This document shows, in pieces, positions 1-9,036 of a stretch of DNA of 63,296 nucleotides (its first letter is position 1; each line of letters opens with the position of its first letter). A model generated the notes under the pieces. It did not search any database and was not told where the DNA came from. It worked only from the letters and a program-made list of their open reading frames with translations. The stretch is from Deltaproteobacteria bacterium (GTDB lineage Bacteria > Desulfobacterota > Binatia > UBA1149 > CAYXZP01): positions 1 to 63,296 of the forward strand of contig JAYGCK010000079.1 in NCBI GenBank assembly GCA_046583395.1. The letters are read 5' to 3'. The translations under genes were made by a program, and so were the position numbers.

Positions 1-875
1 CAGTTGGGACGCCGTTTGAGCGCCCTCTCGAGCATGCGGATGGCCTCCTCGCTGCGTTCCGCCGATTCGAGCAGATCGACCTTGGCCAGGAGGGCCGGAA
101 CGAAGTCGGGACTGTCCTGGAGAATCCGGTCGAGTAGGGGAAGACGTTCCTCTATCGGCGACCCCAGGGAGGCCTCAAAGCGGGCACCATCCAGGCGGTT
201 CCTCTCGCGTTGGTCGCCGGGACGGACCGCCAGCACCCGTTCTTGAACCTCGGCGGCTCGCTGCCAGCTACCATGGTCAAAAAGGACGTCGCGCAGTGCC
301 ACCAGTATCGGCGGGCTGGCCGGGTGGAGCGACAGTGCTCTTTCCAGTGCAGTGCCGGCGGCCAGAAGGTCGCCGCCCGCCCGGCAGGCCGAACCCAGGG
401 CGACCAGGAGAGATGCGTCGTTACCGAAGTCGGCCAGGCCTTTTTCCAGGGTCTGGCGGGCCGAGCCGTGGTCGCCCTCGGCCGAGAAGGTCCCGGCATA
501 GGCAATCACATCGCAGGCTGCGGCCTCCTCGCCCTTTATCGCCTTGGCCAACAGCGCCCGCGCTCGACGGTGTTCGCCGGCCACGGTCAGTGCCATGCCG
601 TCGGTTCGAAGCTGGGCTGTACGGTCGGCCGAAGCTATGCCGCGGCGCGCTCGCCATTCGCGCAGAGCCCGTCTTCCCTCGCGCAGCATGCTGGCCAGGA
701 ACACGAGCAGGCCGCCGGCCAGGGCCGACCCGACGATCAGGATCCCGAGCGGGAGTTCGAGGTCGTAGACCCGCGACAGTCTCAGCGAGCTTTCGTCAGG
801 GTTGAGGTAGACTAGCAGGCCGGCTGCGGCGACCAGCGCGACGGACAAAAGGAAGGTGAACAAACGGCGTAGCAT
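1..875 (-). CDS. LapA-domain + tetratricopeptide-repeat membrane protein (LapA/LapB-like), 3' end runs off the window
   Basis: Not in the ORF track because it has no stop inside the window. Manual translation from ATG 875: MLRRLFTFLLSVALVAAAGLLVYLNPDESSLRLSRVYDLELPLGILIVGSALAGGLLVFLASMLRE... This gives two TM segments with the LapA-like N-x-PL pattern, followed by helical TPR-like repeats (LLVALGSACRAGGDLLAAGTALERALSLHP). Confidence 0.7.
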   Translation of the reverse strand, partial: MLRRLFTFLLSVALVAAAGLLVYLNPDESSLRLSRVYDLELPLGILIVGSALAGGLLVFLASMLREGRRALREWRARRGIASADRTAQLRTDGMALTVAGEHRRARALLAKAIKGEEAAACDVIAYAGTFSAEGDHGSARQTLEKGLADFGNDASLLVALGSACRAGGDLLAAGTALERALSLHPASPPILVALRDVLFDHGSWQRAAEVQERVLAVRPGDQRERNRLDGARFEASLGSPIEERLPLLDRILQDSPDFVPALLAKVDLLESAERSEEAIRMLERALKRRPN

Positions 876-899
876 CGTAGCCTTCGACCGAGTCGTCCC

Positions 900-1271
900 T
901 CATCCGTTACCGGCCTCGGCGGTATAGGGCCAGCTTGGCGCGGCGCCCCATAGCCGTTCGAGGTCGTAGTGGTCGCGGGTGGCCTCAAAGAACACGTGAA
1001 CGACTACCGAGCCGTAGTCCAGCAATCCCCAGTGGCCGTGGTCGACTCCCTCCTGGGAGAGCGCCCGGTGGCCGGCCTGGGTCAGGCCGGTATTGATGCG
1101 CTCGCATATGGCGCGTACCTGGATGTCGCTTCGCCCGCTGCAAATAACGAAGTAATCGGCGATCGACGAGCGGCCACGCAGGTCGACGATGGTAACGTTA
1201 GCGGCCTTGCGGTCACTGGCCAGTTCGGCGGCCATTCCGGCCAAGTCTTGTGCGGTCCGTCCGGCGGTCAA
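900..1271 (-). CDS. rsfS: Ribosome silencing factor RsfS (Iojap family)
   Basis: Motifs IADYFVICSGRSDIQVRAI, WGLLDYGSVVVHVF, YDLERLW. Lies downstream of nadD as usual. Confidence 0.95.
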   Translation of the reverse strand: MTAGRTAQDLAGMAAELASDRKAANVTIVDLRGRSSIADYFVICSGRSDIQVRAICERINTGLTQAGHRALSQEGVDHGHWGLLDYGSVVVHVFFEATRDHYDLERLWGAAPSWPYTAEAGNG

Positions 1272-1276
1272 TTTAG

Positions 1277-1951
1277 TCAGCTTTGGTATAGCGAGTTGTC
1301 GTCGATGAAGCGTCCGACCTTCTCGGGCACAAGTCCGGCGAGCCGGCCGGGCCCGTCCCCCTCGAGGGCCCTATGGCGAATAGAGGAGGCGGATATGTCG
1401 GGTGTGTCAATCTCGTGAAGGACGAGGACATGGCCGCTGCTGTGGACGTAACAGCCGATTCCCGAATCATAACAAGGCCCGCCAAGTGCGGCAACGCACC
1501 CCGCAACATCCTCGACGTCCGCGTAACCCGGACGGCTGGTAACTATCATGTTGACCCGTTCGAGGATTTCGGCGCTCCTGTGCCAGCTGGTGATCTCGGC
1601 AAAGGCGTCCATGCCAATGATGAGGTGTAGTTCGGTGTCGGGTTGCGCCCGACTGAGCGAGACCATGGTGTCGTAGGTGTAGGAGGGGCCGGCGCGGTCG
1701 ACCTCGATACGGCTGGCCACAAGGACGGGGTCGCCGGCAGTGGCCAGGTCGAGCATCACCGCCCGTGCCTCGATGCTTGCACTGGCCCTTCCGCTCCGGT
1801 GCGGCGGGCGCGCCGACAGCACCAGCAGTACACGTTCGAGCGAGAATGCGGTGGCAACCGCACGCGCGCTTGCCAGATGACCGTGGTGTATCGGGTCGAA
1901 GGTGCCACCGAGCACCCCGACCCGCCGCTTGTCAGGCGGCGCCGGTATCAG
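1277..1951 (-). CDS. nadD: Nicotinate-nucleotide adenylyltransferase (probable CTG start at 1951; track starts at GTG 1915)
   Basis: GGTFDPIHHGH (HxGH), SYTYDT, IIGMD and ISASSIR motifs. The conserved RVGV strand lies upstream of the track start. Confidence 0.93.
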   Translation of the reverse strand: MIPAPPDKRRVGVLGGTFDPIHHGHLASARAVATAFSLERVLLVLSARPPHRSGRASASIEARAVMLDLATAGDPVLVASRIEVDRAGPSYTYDTMVSLSRAQPDTELHLIIGMDAFAEITSWHRSAEILERVNMIVTSRPGYADVEDVAGCVAALGGPCYDSGIGCYVHSSGHVLVLHEIDTPDISASSIRHRALEGDGPGRLAGLVPEKVGRFIDDNSLYQS

Positions 1952-3204
1952 CGAACCTGCCCCTGGCCGCGGACAACGTACTTGTAGGTGGTCAGTTCGC
2001 GCAGCCCCATGGGCCCGCGTGCGTGAAGGCGGTTGGTCGAGATGCCGACCTCGGCACCGAACCCGAACTCATAGCCGTCGTTGAAACGGGTCGAGGCGTT
2101 CTCGAAGACCACGGCCGAATCGACCGCGGCCAGGAAACGCCCGGCCCGCTGCTCGTCGCTGGCCACGATGCAATCGGAGTGACCCGAACCGTGGGTGTTG
2201 ATGAAATCGATGGCGCTATCCAAGGAATCGACGACCTTGACGGCCAGGATGAGGTCGAGGTACTCGGCCGTCCAGTCTTCCTCGTTGGCCGCGGCGGTTT
2301 CGGGGAGCAGTTCGCGGGTGCGCTCACAGCCGCGCAGCTCAACGCCTGCCGCAATCAAACGTTCGGATATCAGGGGGAGGAAGGCGGTCGCGGCGTCTTC
2401 GTGGACCAGCAGGTTCTCCATCGCGTTGCATACGCCGGGGCGCTGGACCTTGGCGTTGAAGGCGATGTCTGCGGCCATGCCGAGGTCGGCGCTGCTGTCG
2501 ACATAGGTATGGCAGACCCCCTCGTAGTGTTTGATGACGGGGATGCGCGAATGTTCGGCGATGGCACGGACCAGCCCGGGCCCGCCTCTGGGGATTATGA
2601 GGTCGATGAGTTCGTCCTGTGCGAGCATGACATGGGTGGCCTCGCGTTCGACCGAACGCACCAGCTGTGCGGTATGGGCGGGGAGTCCGGCAGCGTCTAG
2701 CTCCTCGATGAACAGGTCGGCAATCACCGAGTTGCTGCCTATGGCCTCCTTGCCTCCCTTTAGCAGGACCGCGTTGCCCGATTTGATGCACAAGGAAGCG
2801 GCGTCGGCGGTTACGTTGGGACGCGATTCGTAGATTATCGCGACCACACCGATTGGTATGGGCGTACGGGCTATTTCGAGTCCGGCTTCGGTACGCCACT
2901 GCTCGAGCGTGCCGGCCAACGGATCGTCGAGCGCGGCAACGGTCTCAACTCCGGCCGCCATTGCTTCGATACGTGGTCCGTCGAGCCGTAGGCGGTCCAT
3001 GAGCGCAGTGCTGAGACCGGCCTCACGTCCGGCCGCCAGGTCGGCCTCGTTCTCGGCGATGATACGGCCGGTCTCCGCGCGCATCCTGCGCGCGGCCGCG
3101 ACCAGGGCTGCGCTACGGTTCTCGTCGTCGATTCCGGCCAGCTGGCGAGCGGCGGCCTTGGCCGCGCTGCACATTGCCGTGATGTCCTTGGTCATCTCGC
3201 TCAT
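1948..3204 (-). CDS. proA: Gamma-glutamyl phosphate reductase
   Basis: IYESRPNVT, CIKSGNAVLLKGGKEA, VCNAMENLLVH, NASTRFNDG, GISTNRLHARGPMGL. Confidence 0.97.
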   Translation of the reverse strand: MSEMTKDITAMCSAAKAAARQLAGIDDENRSAALVAAARRMRAETGRIIAENEADLAAGREAGLSTALMDRLRLDGPRIEAMAAGVETVAALDDPLAGTLEQWRTEAGLEIARTPIPIGVVAIIYESRPNVTADAASLCIKSGNAVLLKGGKEAIGSNSVIADLFIEELDAAGLPAHTAQLVRSVEREATHVMLAQDELIDLIIPRGGPGLVRAIAEHSRIPVIKHYEGVCHTYVDSSADLGMAADIAFNAKVQRPGVCNAMENLLVHEDAATAFLPLISERLIAAGVELRGCERTRELLPETAAANEEDWTAEYLDLILAVKVVDSLDSAIDFINTHGSGHSDCIVASDEQRAGRFLAAVDSAVVFENASTRFNDGYEFGFGAEVGISTNRLHARGPMGLRELTTYKYVVRGQGQVR

Positions 3205-3211
3205 TAGCCCG

Positions 3212-4366
3212 TCACGCTCCGCTAGCGTCGTCGAGTACGACGAGGTCGTCCCGGTGTATCACCTCGTCGCTGACGTGGTAACCCAGCCGTGACTCGATTG
3301 ACCCGCTCGCCGTTCCCACCAGCTTGCCGCAGTCGGCGGCCTCGTACGCGACTAGGCCACGGGCGAACTCAGTTCCGTGCTGGTCGCAGATGCTTACGGC
3401 GTCGCCCGCGGTAAAATCGCCCTCGACCTTGACCATTCCGATGGGCAAGAGGCTGGCGCCGCCGGCCAACGCGCGCCGGGCGCCGTCGTCGATAATGATG
3501 CGGCCGCGAGTCTGTATGCCGTATGCAATCCAGTGTTTGCGGTTCGACATGGGCTCGTCTGAGCCGAGCACCAGGGTTCCGGCCGACGCCGTGGGGTCGA
3601 CGATGGCCGCCAATACGCCCGCCTCGAGCCCGCTGGCTATAACCGACGGGATGCCGCGCTTGGCCGCCGTGCGGGCCGCTTCGAGCTTACTGGCCATGCC
3701 GCCGGTGCCGAGCGTTGCCGGGTTTGCCGGGCCGCTTGGCGTGACGGTGACGGTATCGTCGATGACTGCAACCAGCTCGCTCTTTCCGGGCTCGCCCTCG
3801 TAGACCCCGTCGACGTCTGTCAGCAACACCAGCAGGTCGGCTTCGGCCAGTCCGGCCACCAGCGCCGATAACCGGTCGTTGTCGCCGAACTTGAGCTCCT
3901 CGATGGCCACCGAATCGTTCTCGTTGACGACCGGGATGATGCCGTGGTCGAGGAGGTGGGCCAGCGTGTGGCGGGCATTGAGGTAACGGGTCCGGTCGGC
4001 GATATCGCCTGCGGTCAGCAGCACCTGCCCGACGTGTTTTCCGTGGTCGGCAAAGAACTCCTCGTACAATGCCATCAGGCTTATCTGGCCGATTGCCGCC
4101 GCAGCCTGTTGTTCGGCTATGGTCGAGGGAATCCGCTCCAGACCCAGTCTCGCCAGACCGGCCGCACGCGCCCCCGAGCTGACCACGATTATCTGGTAAC
4201 CGTCCTCGTGCAGGCGGGCCAGTTCGGCGGCCAAACGTCCGATGCGTTCACGCTCGAGGGCGTCGGCCGTGGTGACCACGCTGCTGCCCAGCTTGACCAC
4301 GAGGCGCTTGGCCCCGGCCAGGATGCGGCCCTTGTGGGCGGTCTGTTGCTTGCCGACGTCACTCAT
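3212..4366 (-). CDS. proB: Glutamate 5-kinase with C-terminal PUA domain
   Basis: VVKLGSS, NENDSV, FGDNDRLSA, GTGGMASK, RKHWIA, IHRDDL. Confidence 0.97.
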   Translation of the reverse strand: MSDVGKQQTAHKGRILAGAKRLVVKLGSSVVTTADALERERIGRLAAELARLHEDGYQIIVVSSGARAAGLARLGLERIPSTIAEQQAAAAIGQISLMALYEEFFADHGKHVGQVLLTAGDIADRTRYLNARHTLAHLLDHGIIPVVNENDSVAIEELKFGDNDRLSALVAGLAEADLLVLLTDVDGVYEGEPGKSELVAVIDDTVTVTPSGPANPATLGTGGMASKLEAARTAAKRGIPSVIASGLEAGVLAAIVDPTASAGTLVLGSDEPMSNRKHWIAYGIQTRGRIIIDDGARRALAGGASLLPIGMVKVEGDFTAGDAVSICDQHGTEFARGLVAYEAADCGKLVGTASGSIESRLGYHVSDEVIHRDDLVVLDDASGA

Positions 4367-4370
4367 CTTC

Positions 4371-5372
4371 TCATCCGCCGGCCAGCCGGCGGGCGACCGC
4401 GGCCACTAGTTTTTCGATACCGTCGCCGCTGGCGGCCGAGACCGTATGAACCTCGATGTTGCGGTCCTCGAGGGCTTTTCGCAAGGCGGGGGCTTGCTTG
4501 CGGACCTCGCTGAGGTCGCATTTGGACAGTACTGCCAGCTGGGGCTTTCCGGCTAGCCCGGCCGAGTGCGCGGCAAGTTCGGCGGTGACTGTCTCGAACG
4601 CGGCAAGGGAGCCGGCCTGGTCGGTCATCGAACAGTCGAGCAGATGGACCAGCAGGCGCGTGCGCGACAGGTGCCGGAGGAACTTAAGGCCCAGCCCGCT
4701 ACCGCGGCTGGCACCGGCGATCAGTCCCGGAACGTCGGCCAACACGAAACTTGATTCTGCACCGGCCCGCACCACCCCCAGGGCCGGTTCCAGTGTGGTG
4801 AAGGGGTAGTCGGCGACCTTGGGCCGGGCCGCGGACACACGGGTCAGAAGGCTCGATTTGCCGGCATTTGGCAGTCCGACCAATCCGGCATCGGCCAGCA
4901 GACGAAGTTCGAGGACCAGGTCACGAGCCTGCCCGCAACGGCCCTTTTCGGCCTGTCGGGGGGCCTGATGGGTTGGGGTCGCAAAACGGGCGTTGCCGCG
5001 TCCGCCGTGGCCGCCGGCCGCAAGCACTGCGGCTTGCCCGGCTCGCACGAGATCGACGGTGAGCTCGGGGGCGCCTGGGCGCCGCACCTGTGTGCCCACA
5101 GGCATACGGATGACCGTGTCGGTCCCGGCACGTCCGTGGCGTGACTTGCCGCGCCCGTCCTGTCCGCGCTCGCCGCGGAACACGCGGCGCAGGCTGACGT
5201 CGAGCAGGGTGGTCAGTCCGGGGTCCGCACATGCAACGATATCGCCGCCGTGTCCGCCGTCACCGCCTGCCGGCCCGCCGTTGGGTCTGAACTTCTCTCT
5301 TAGGAACGCGATACACCCGTCGCCGCCGTCGCCAGCTTCGACGCGGATGTGCGCCTCGTCGATGAACTTCAC
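4371..5372 (-). CDS. obgE: GTPase ObgE/CgtA (no OCT domain)
   Basis: MKFIDEA, GGPAGGDGG, G1 GLPNAGKS, YPFTTL, DVPGL. Follows rplU-rpmA. Confidence 0.97.
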   Translation of the reverse strand: MKFIDEAHIRVEAGDGGDGCIAFLREKFRPNGGPAGGDGGHGGDIVACADPGLTTLLDVSLRRVFRGERGQDGRGKSRHGRAGTDTVIRMPVGTQVRRPGAPELTVDLVRAGQAAVLAAGGHGGRGNARFATPTHQAPRQAEKGRCGQARDLVLELRLLADAGLVGLPNAGKSSLLTRVSAARPKVADYPFTTLEPALGVVRAGAESSFVLADVPGLIAGASRGSGLGLKFLRHLSRTRLLVHLLDCSMTDQAGSLAAFETVTAELAAHSAGLAGKPQLAVLSKCDLSEVRKQAPALRKALEDRNIEVHTVSAASGDGIEKLVAAVARRLAGG

Positions 5373-5381
5373 GCCGCCCGG

Positions 5382-5636
5382 CTATGCCGGGTGCACGCGG
5401 ACGCGTTTGCGTCCTTGGGGCGCATTTTCGTACTTGACCACGCCGTCGATAAGCGCGAACAGCGTGTAGTCCCGCCCCATGCCGACACCGTTTCCAGGAT
5501 GGACGCGCGTGCCAAGTTGGCGGACGAGGATATTGCCGGCCTTGACGGTCTCACCGGCGAAGACCTTGACGCCACGGCGCTGACCGCGGCTGTCCCGCCC
5601 GTTGCGGGTGCTTCCCTGACCTTTCTTGTGGGCCAT
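5382..5636 (-). CDS. rpmA: 50S ribosomal protein L27
   Basis: [16 protein letters not shown]...[13 protein letters not shown] at 5636 with an upstream GAGGAAG SD-like sequence. Confidence 0.97.
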   Translation of the reverse strand: MAHKKGQGSTRNGRDSRGQRRGVKVFAGETVKAGNILVRQLGTRVHPGNGVGMGRDYTLFALIDGVVKYENAPQGRKRVRVHPA

Positions 5637-5655
5637 TAGGTCTTCCTCGTTCCTG

Positions 5656-5985
5656 TCAGGCGGTCGCGGTCTCGCCCGCAACCTCGGTCACTCGCACGGT
5701 GGTCTCCCACTGGCGATGGCCGAAACGGCGACGATAGTTTTTGCGGCGTTTCTTCTTGAAACCACTTATGCGTGGGCCACGCCCCTGCCTGACGATGACG
5801 GCCTTGACGCTTACGCCTTCCACGATTGGTTGGCCGACCTCGATTCCGGCGCTCTTGCCACAAAGCAGCACCTGGTCGAAATCGACGGCATCGCCGGGCT
5901 CCCCGTCCAGCTTCTCAATGGTGAGCACGCTCCCGGGGCTTACCCGGTACTGCTTGCCACCCGTTCGTATTACAGCATAGGCCAT
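5656..5985 (-). CDS. rplU: 50S ribosomal protein L21
   Basis: [15 protein letters not shown]...[16 protein letters not shown]. Confidence 0.97.
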   Translation of the reverse strand: MAYAVIRTGGKQYRVSPGSVLTIEKLDGEPGDAVDFDQVLLCGKSAGIEVGQPIVEGVSVKAVIVRQGRGPRISGFKKKRRKNYRRRFGHRQWETTVRVTEVAGETATA

Positions 5986-6008
5986 CTGGAACCTGTTTCG
6001 AGCCCGCC

Positions 6009-6037
6009 ACTTTTGCCACTTCGGCCCGGCTTGTCAA
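6009..6037 (-). promoter_or_regulatory. Candidate sigma70 promoter of the rplU-rpmA-obgE operon
   Basis: Perfect TTGACA (6037-6032), 17-nt spacer, weak -10 AAAAGT. Found by manual inspection only. Confidence 0.4.
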
Positions 6038-6074
6038 TCAGATTTTGGGAGGCCGGGCGGGACGTCCGGGCGCC

Positions 6075-6103
6075 TTGCCCACGGAAAGTGTGCGGGAGAG
6101 AAT
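6075..6103 (+). promoter_or_regulatory. Candidate sigma70 promoter of the DUF2064...ruvCAB-ntrY-REC/lpxC operon
   Basis: TTGCCC-17 nt-GAGAAT, ending 15 nt before GTG 6119. Divergent from the rplU promoter. Confidence 0.35.
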
Positions 6104-6118
6104 CGGTCGAACTGACCC

Positions 6119-6805
6119 GTGCTGCCACTGACCGACACTGCGATTGTCTACTTGTTCGCCAAAGAGCCGGTGCCGGGCCGGGTCAAGACCCGGCTCTCCC
6201 CCCCGCTGACCCGCGAGCAGGCCGCCGATTGTTATCGCGCCTTTCTACGCGACACCCTCGAACGCATCGTTGAGGCGACCGGGGTCGAGGTCCGGGTCGC
6301 GGTGGCCGAACGGCCCGCGCCCTTCGTCGAGGGTCTTTGCGCCGGGCTCGGCCTCGAGCTGCGAGAGCAGGGGCCGGGTGACCTCGGGCAGCGCATGAAG
6401 AGGGCAATGGAGGCTCACGCGACCGACCGGCGTGGCGTGATACTGCTGGCCTCCGACGTTCCCGATCTTCCCCTGGAACTGCTCGAAAGCGCGGCTGCCG
6501 TGCTCAAGACCGGTCGGGTCGTCGTCGGGCCCGGCAACGACGGCGGGTATTATCTTATCGGTGCCAGCACAGGGCCGCCTCCCGTATTCGACCTTGAGGT
6601 GGCTTGGGGTGGTCCGGACGTGCTCGGCGAGACCCTGGCGCGTCTGGAGCGCGCCGGTCTGGCGGTGGAGCTACTGCCCGAGTGGGCCGATGTTGATGAC
6701 TATCAGGGGCTTTGCCGCTTGGCCGGGCGCATCTCGGGCAAGCGGGTTCCCCGGCACAGCGCGGCCCTTATCGCCAGTTTGCCGCTTACCGAGGTGCGGG
6801 GTTGA
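6119..6805 (+). CDS. DUF2064/TIGR04282-family glycosyltransferase-like (CofC-like nucleotidyltransferase fold) protein
   Basis: LFAKEPVPGRVKTRL, QGPGDLGQRM, SDVPDL, GPGNDGGYYLIG, DVDD. Confidence 0.8.
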   Translation: MLPLTDTAIVYLFAKEPVPGRVKTRLSPPLTREQAADCYRAFLRDTLERIVEATGVEVRVAVAERPAPFVEGLCAGLGLELREQGPGDLGQRMKRAMEAHATDRRGVILLASDVPDLPLELLESAAAVLKTGRVVVGPGNDGGYYLIGASTGPPPVFDLEVAWGGPDVLGETLARLERAGLAVELLPEWADVDDYQGLCRLAGRISGKRVPRHSAALIASLPLTEVRG

Positions 6806-7869
6806 GCGGTCCGGGTGCGCCGGGCAAGGCCGGCGGCGGTATCCGGAGGGCCTTTCGTTGGGACATCGACAAGACCTACCTTGCAACCGACTTCGAGTCC
6901 TTGCGGCGGATGCTGCGGGTCCCCTTCGAGAGCGCCAGCGACAAGGTCGCCATAGCCGGAGCCTCGGTTCTTATCGGCGAGCTTCGACGGGTCGCTCATG
7001 CGCGCGGCGAATCGTCCACGGTCAGCTTCATTACCGCTTCCCCCCGGCAGATAGCCGGCCCAATTCTTGCCAAGCTCGCACTCGACGGTGTCGAGCACGA
7101 CGGTGTGGTCTTCAAGGAACAGATGCATCACCTTGTCAGGGGGCGGTTCGCGGTTCTGCGCGAGCAGGTCGGCTTCAAGTTGGCCCAACTCTTGGCTGGC
7201 GCGGTTGCGGCCGGTCCCGATACCCACGAGCTGCTCTTCGGTGACGACTGGGAATCGGACCCTTTTGTCTATTCGCTCTATGCCGACATTCTCGCAGGCC
7301 GGCTCGACCAGGCCGATACGCTGGAGCTTTTGGCCATGTGCGGGGTCCATCGGCACTACGGTGACCGAATCCTGGCCTCTCTCGGGCGTCTGCCCCCCGT
7401 GGACGCCCGTTCGCGGGTGGGCTCGGTTCTTATACTTAGGCAGCGGATGGTGCCGGCCTCCAGACTCGCGGTCTTTGGTCCGCGGCTGGTCTGGTTCGAC
7501 GATTATCTCGAATGTTCCTTGGACCTGTTTCTGCTCGGACTGCTCGACCGCGAAGCGGTGCTCGCCGTCGCGCGTGCAACCGGTCGACCGGCGGACACGG
7601 TTTCGGCGATATTCGATGCGGTGTGTTCCAGGGGCCAGGGGCTGCGCGAGCGGCTCTCCCCGGTCAGGGCTGCGTTGTTGGCCGAGGGTTTGATGGACGA
7701 GGTGGCGGCCGGCAGCGGCCTAAAACGCCTACGGGCGGCCCTGGCGCGCAGGCGCGGCTCGTTTGGCGGCCGGGCGGCAGGGCCGGGGGCCCCGGGTAGC
7801 GAGGCCGGGCCGCTTCCCGACTATCAAGCACTGGTAGTCGACTGGTCGAAGCGACGCCGCAAGGAGTAA
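6802..7869 (+). CDS. HAD-superfamily phosphatase, App1/DUF2183-like
   Basis: HAD motif I WDIDKT (DxDxT), motif II FITASP, and the acidic motif LFGDDWESD. Likely TTG start at 6802, overlapping the upstream TGA (track start 6712 is probably over-extended). Confidence 0.6.
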   Translation: MSGPGAPGKAGGGIRRAFRWDIDKTYLATDFESLRRMLRVPFESASDKVAIAGASVLIGELRRVAHARGESSTVSFITASPRQIAGPILAKLALDGVEHDGVVFKEQMHHLVRGRFAVLREQVGFKLAQLLAGAVAAGPDTHELLFGDDWESDPFVYSLYADILAGRLDQADTLELLAMCGVHRHYGDRILASLGRLPPVDARSRVGSVLILRQRMVPASRLAVFGPRLVWFDDYLECSLDLFLLGLLDREAVLAVARATGRPADTVSAIFDAVCSRGQGLRERLSPVRAALLAEGLMDEVAAGSGLKRLRAALARRRGSFGGRAAGPGAPGSEAGPLPDYQALVVDWSKRRRKE

Positions 7870-7877
7870 GGACCGAC

Positions 7878-8216
7878 ATGGCCGATAACGCAGCCTCAGC
7901 TATCATCATCTTGACGACCGCGGGCGATAAGGACGCCGCAGACCGCCTGGCCCGGGCCCTGGTCGAGGACGGCATGGCCGCCTGCGTGGCCCGCTTTCCG
8001 GTCCGCTCGACCTACCGTTGGCAGGGCGCGGTCGAGGAGGCCCAGGAGTGGCAGTTGATGATCAAAACGACCACGGCGATGCGCGATGCGGTCGAGGATG
8101 CGCTCAAGAAGGTCGGCGGTTACGACCTGCCTGAGTTTGTCGTCATCGACGAGGGGGTGTCGGCCTCGGCGGCCTATCTGGCCTGGATGCTGGAGAGTTG
8201 CAGCCACGATACATAG
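7878..8216 (+). CDS. cutA: Divalent-cation tolerance protein CutA
   Basis: LARALVEDGMAACV, RSTYRWQGAVE, IKTT, YDLPE. Confidence 0.9.
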   Translation: MADNAASAIIILTTAGDKDAADRLARALVEDGMAACVARFPVRSTYRWQGAVEEAQEWQLMIKTTTAMRDAVEDALKKVGGYDLPEFVVIDEGVSASAAYLAWMLESCSHDT

Positions 8217-8279
8217 ACTAGCCGGGCCGCCTGTGGTCTACTGGGCTTCTGGCCCTCAGCGGCGTTCGGAGCAAGGAAG

Positions 8280-9023
8280 TTGTCAGGCCACTCAAAGTGG
8301 CATTCAATCCGCCACAAGAAGGCGGTCAAGGACGCCCGCCGCGGAAAGCTCTTCACCAAGCTCATCAAGGAACTCACCGTGGCCGCCCGCATGGGAGGCG
8401 GTGACCCCGAGGGCAACCCGCGCCTTCGTGCCGCAGTAGCGGCCGCGCGGGCCAACAGCATGCCCGTCGATAACATCGACCGGGCCATCAAGAAGGGGTC
8501 GGGCGAACTAGAGGGCGTCAACTACGAGGACGTCAGCTACGAAGGCTACGGGCCAGGCGGCATGGCCGTGCTCATCGAGTGCGTCACCGACAACCGCAAC
8601 CGTACCGTGGCCGAGGTCAGGCACCTGTTCGACAAGCACGGCGGCAATCTCGGAGAGAACGGTTGTGTGGCTTGGATGTTCGATCGGGTCGGACAGATTC
8701 GAGTGGCCGGTGCCGACGAAGAGTCCGTGTTTACTGCGGCAGCCGATGCGGGTGCCAGCGATGTTCAGGACGAGGGTGGGGTCTGCGTGGTGACCACCGC
8801 CCCCGAAGATCTCGAACGCGTGCGTGTCCGCCTGGATTTGGAAGGGATGTCCATCGACAGCGCCGAGATTGTTCTCGAGCCCAAGAGCACAGTGGAGCTG
8901 TCGGGGGGCGATGCCGGACGCGCACTAAAGCTCATCGACTTGCTCGACGACCACGAGGACGTTCAGCGCGTCTCGGCCAACTTCGATATCGACGACGAAG
9001 AGCTTGCCGGTTTGTCGGCGTGA
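8280..9023 (+). CDS. yebC: YebC/PmpR-family protein
   Basis: MSGHSKWHSIRHKK, NPRLR, YEGYGPGG, TDNRNRT. Lies upstream of ruvC. Confidence 0.96.
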   Translation: MSGHSKWHSIRHKKAVKDARRGKLFTKLIKELTVAARMGGGDPEGNPRLRAAVAAARANSMPVDNIDRAIKKGSGELEGVNYEDVSYEGYGPGGMAVLIECVTDNRNRTVAEVRHLFDKHGGNLGENGCVAWMFDRVGQIRVAGADEESVFTAAADAGASDVQDEGGVCVVTTAPEDLERVRVRLDLEGMSIDSAEIVLEPKSTVELSGGDAGRALKLIDLLDDHEDVQRVSANFDIDDEELAGLSA

Positions 9024-9036
9024 ACGGGTTGTTTGT

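Noticed and set aside
6006-6021. Direct repeat GCCACTT x2 over the putative rplU -10 region
   Set aside because: A 7-mer pair at 9-nt spacing can arise by chance, and I saw no second occurrence or cognate regulator to support an operator.
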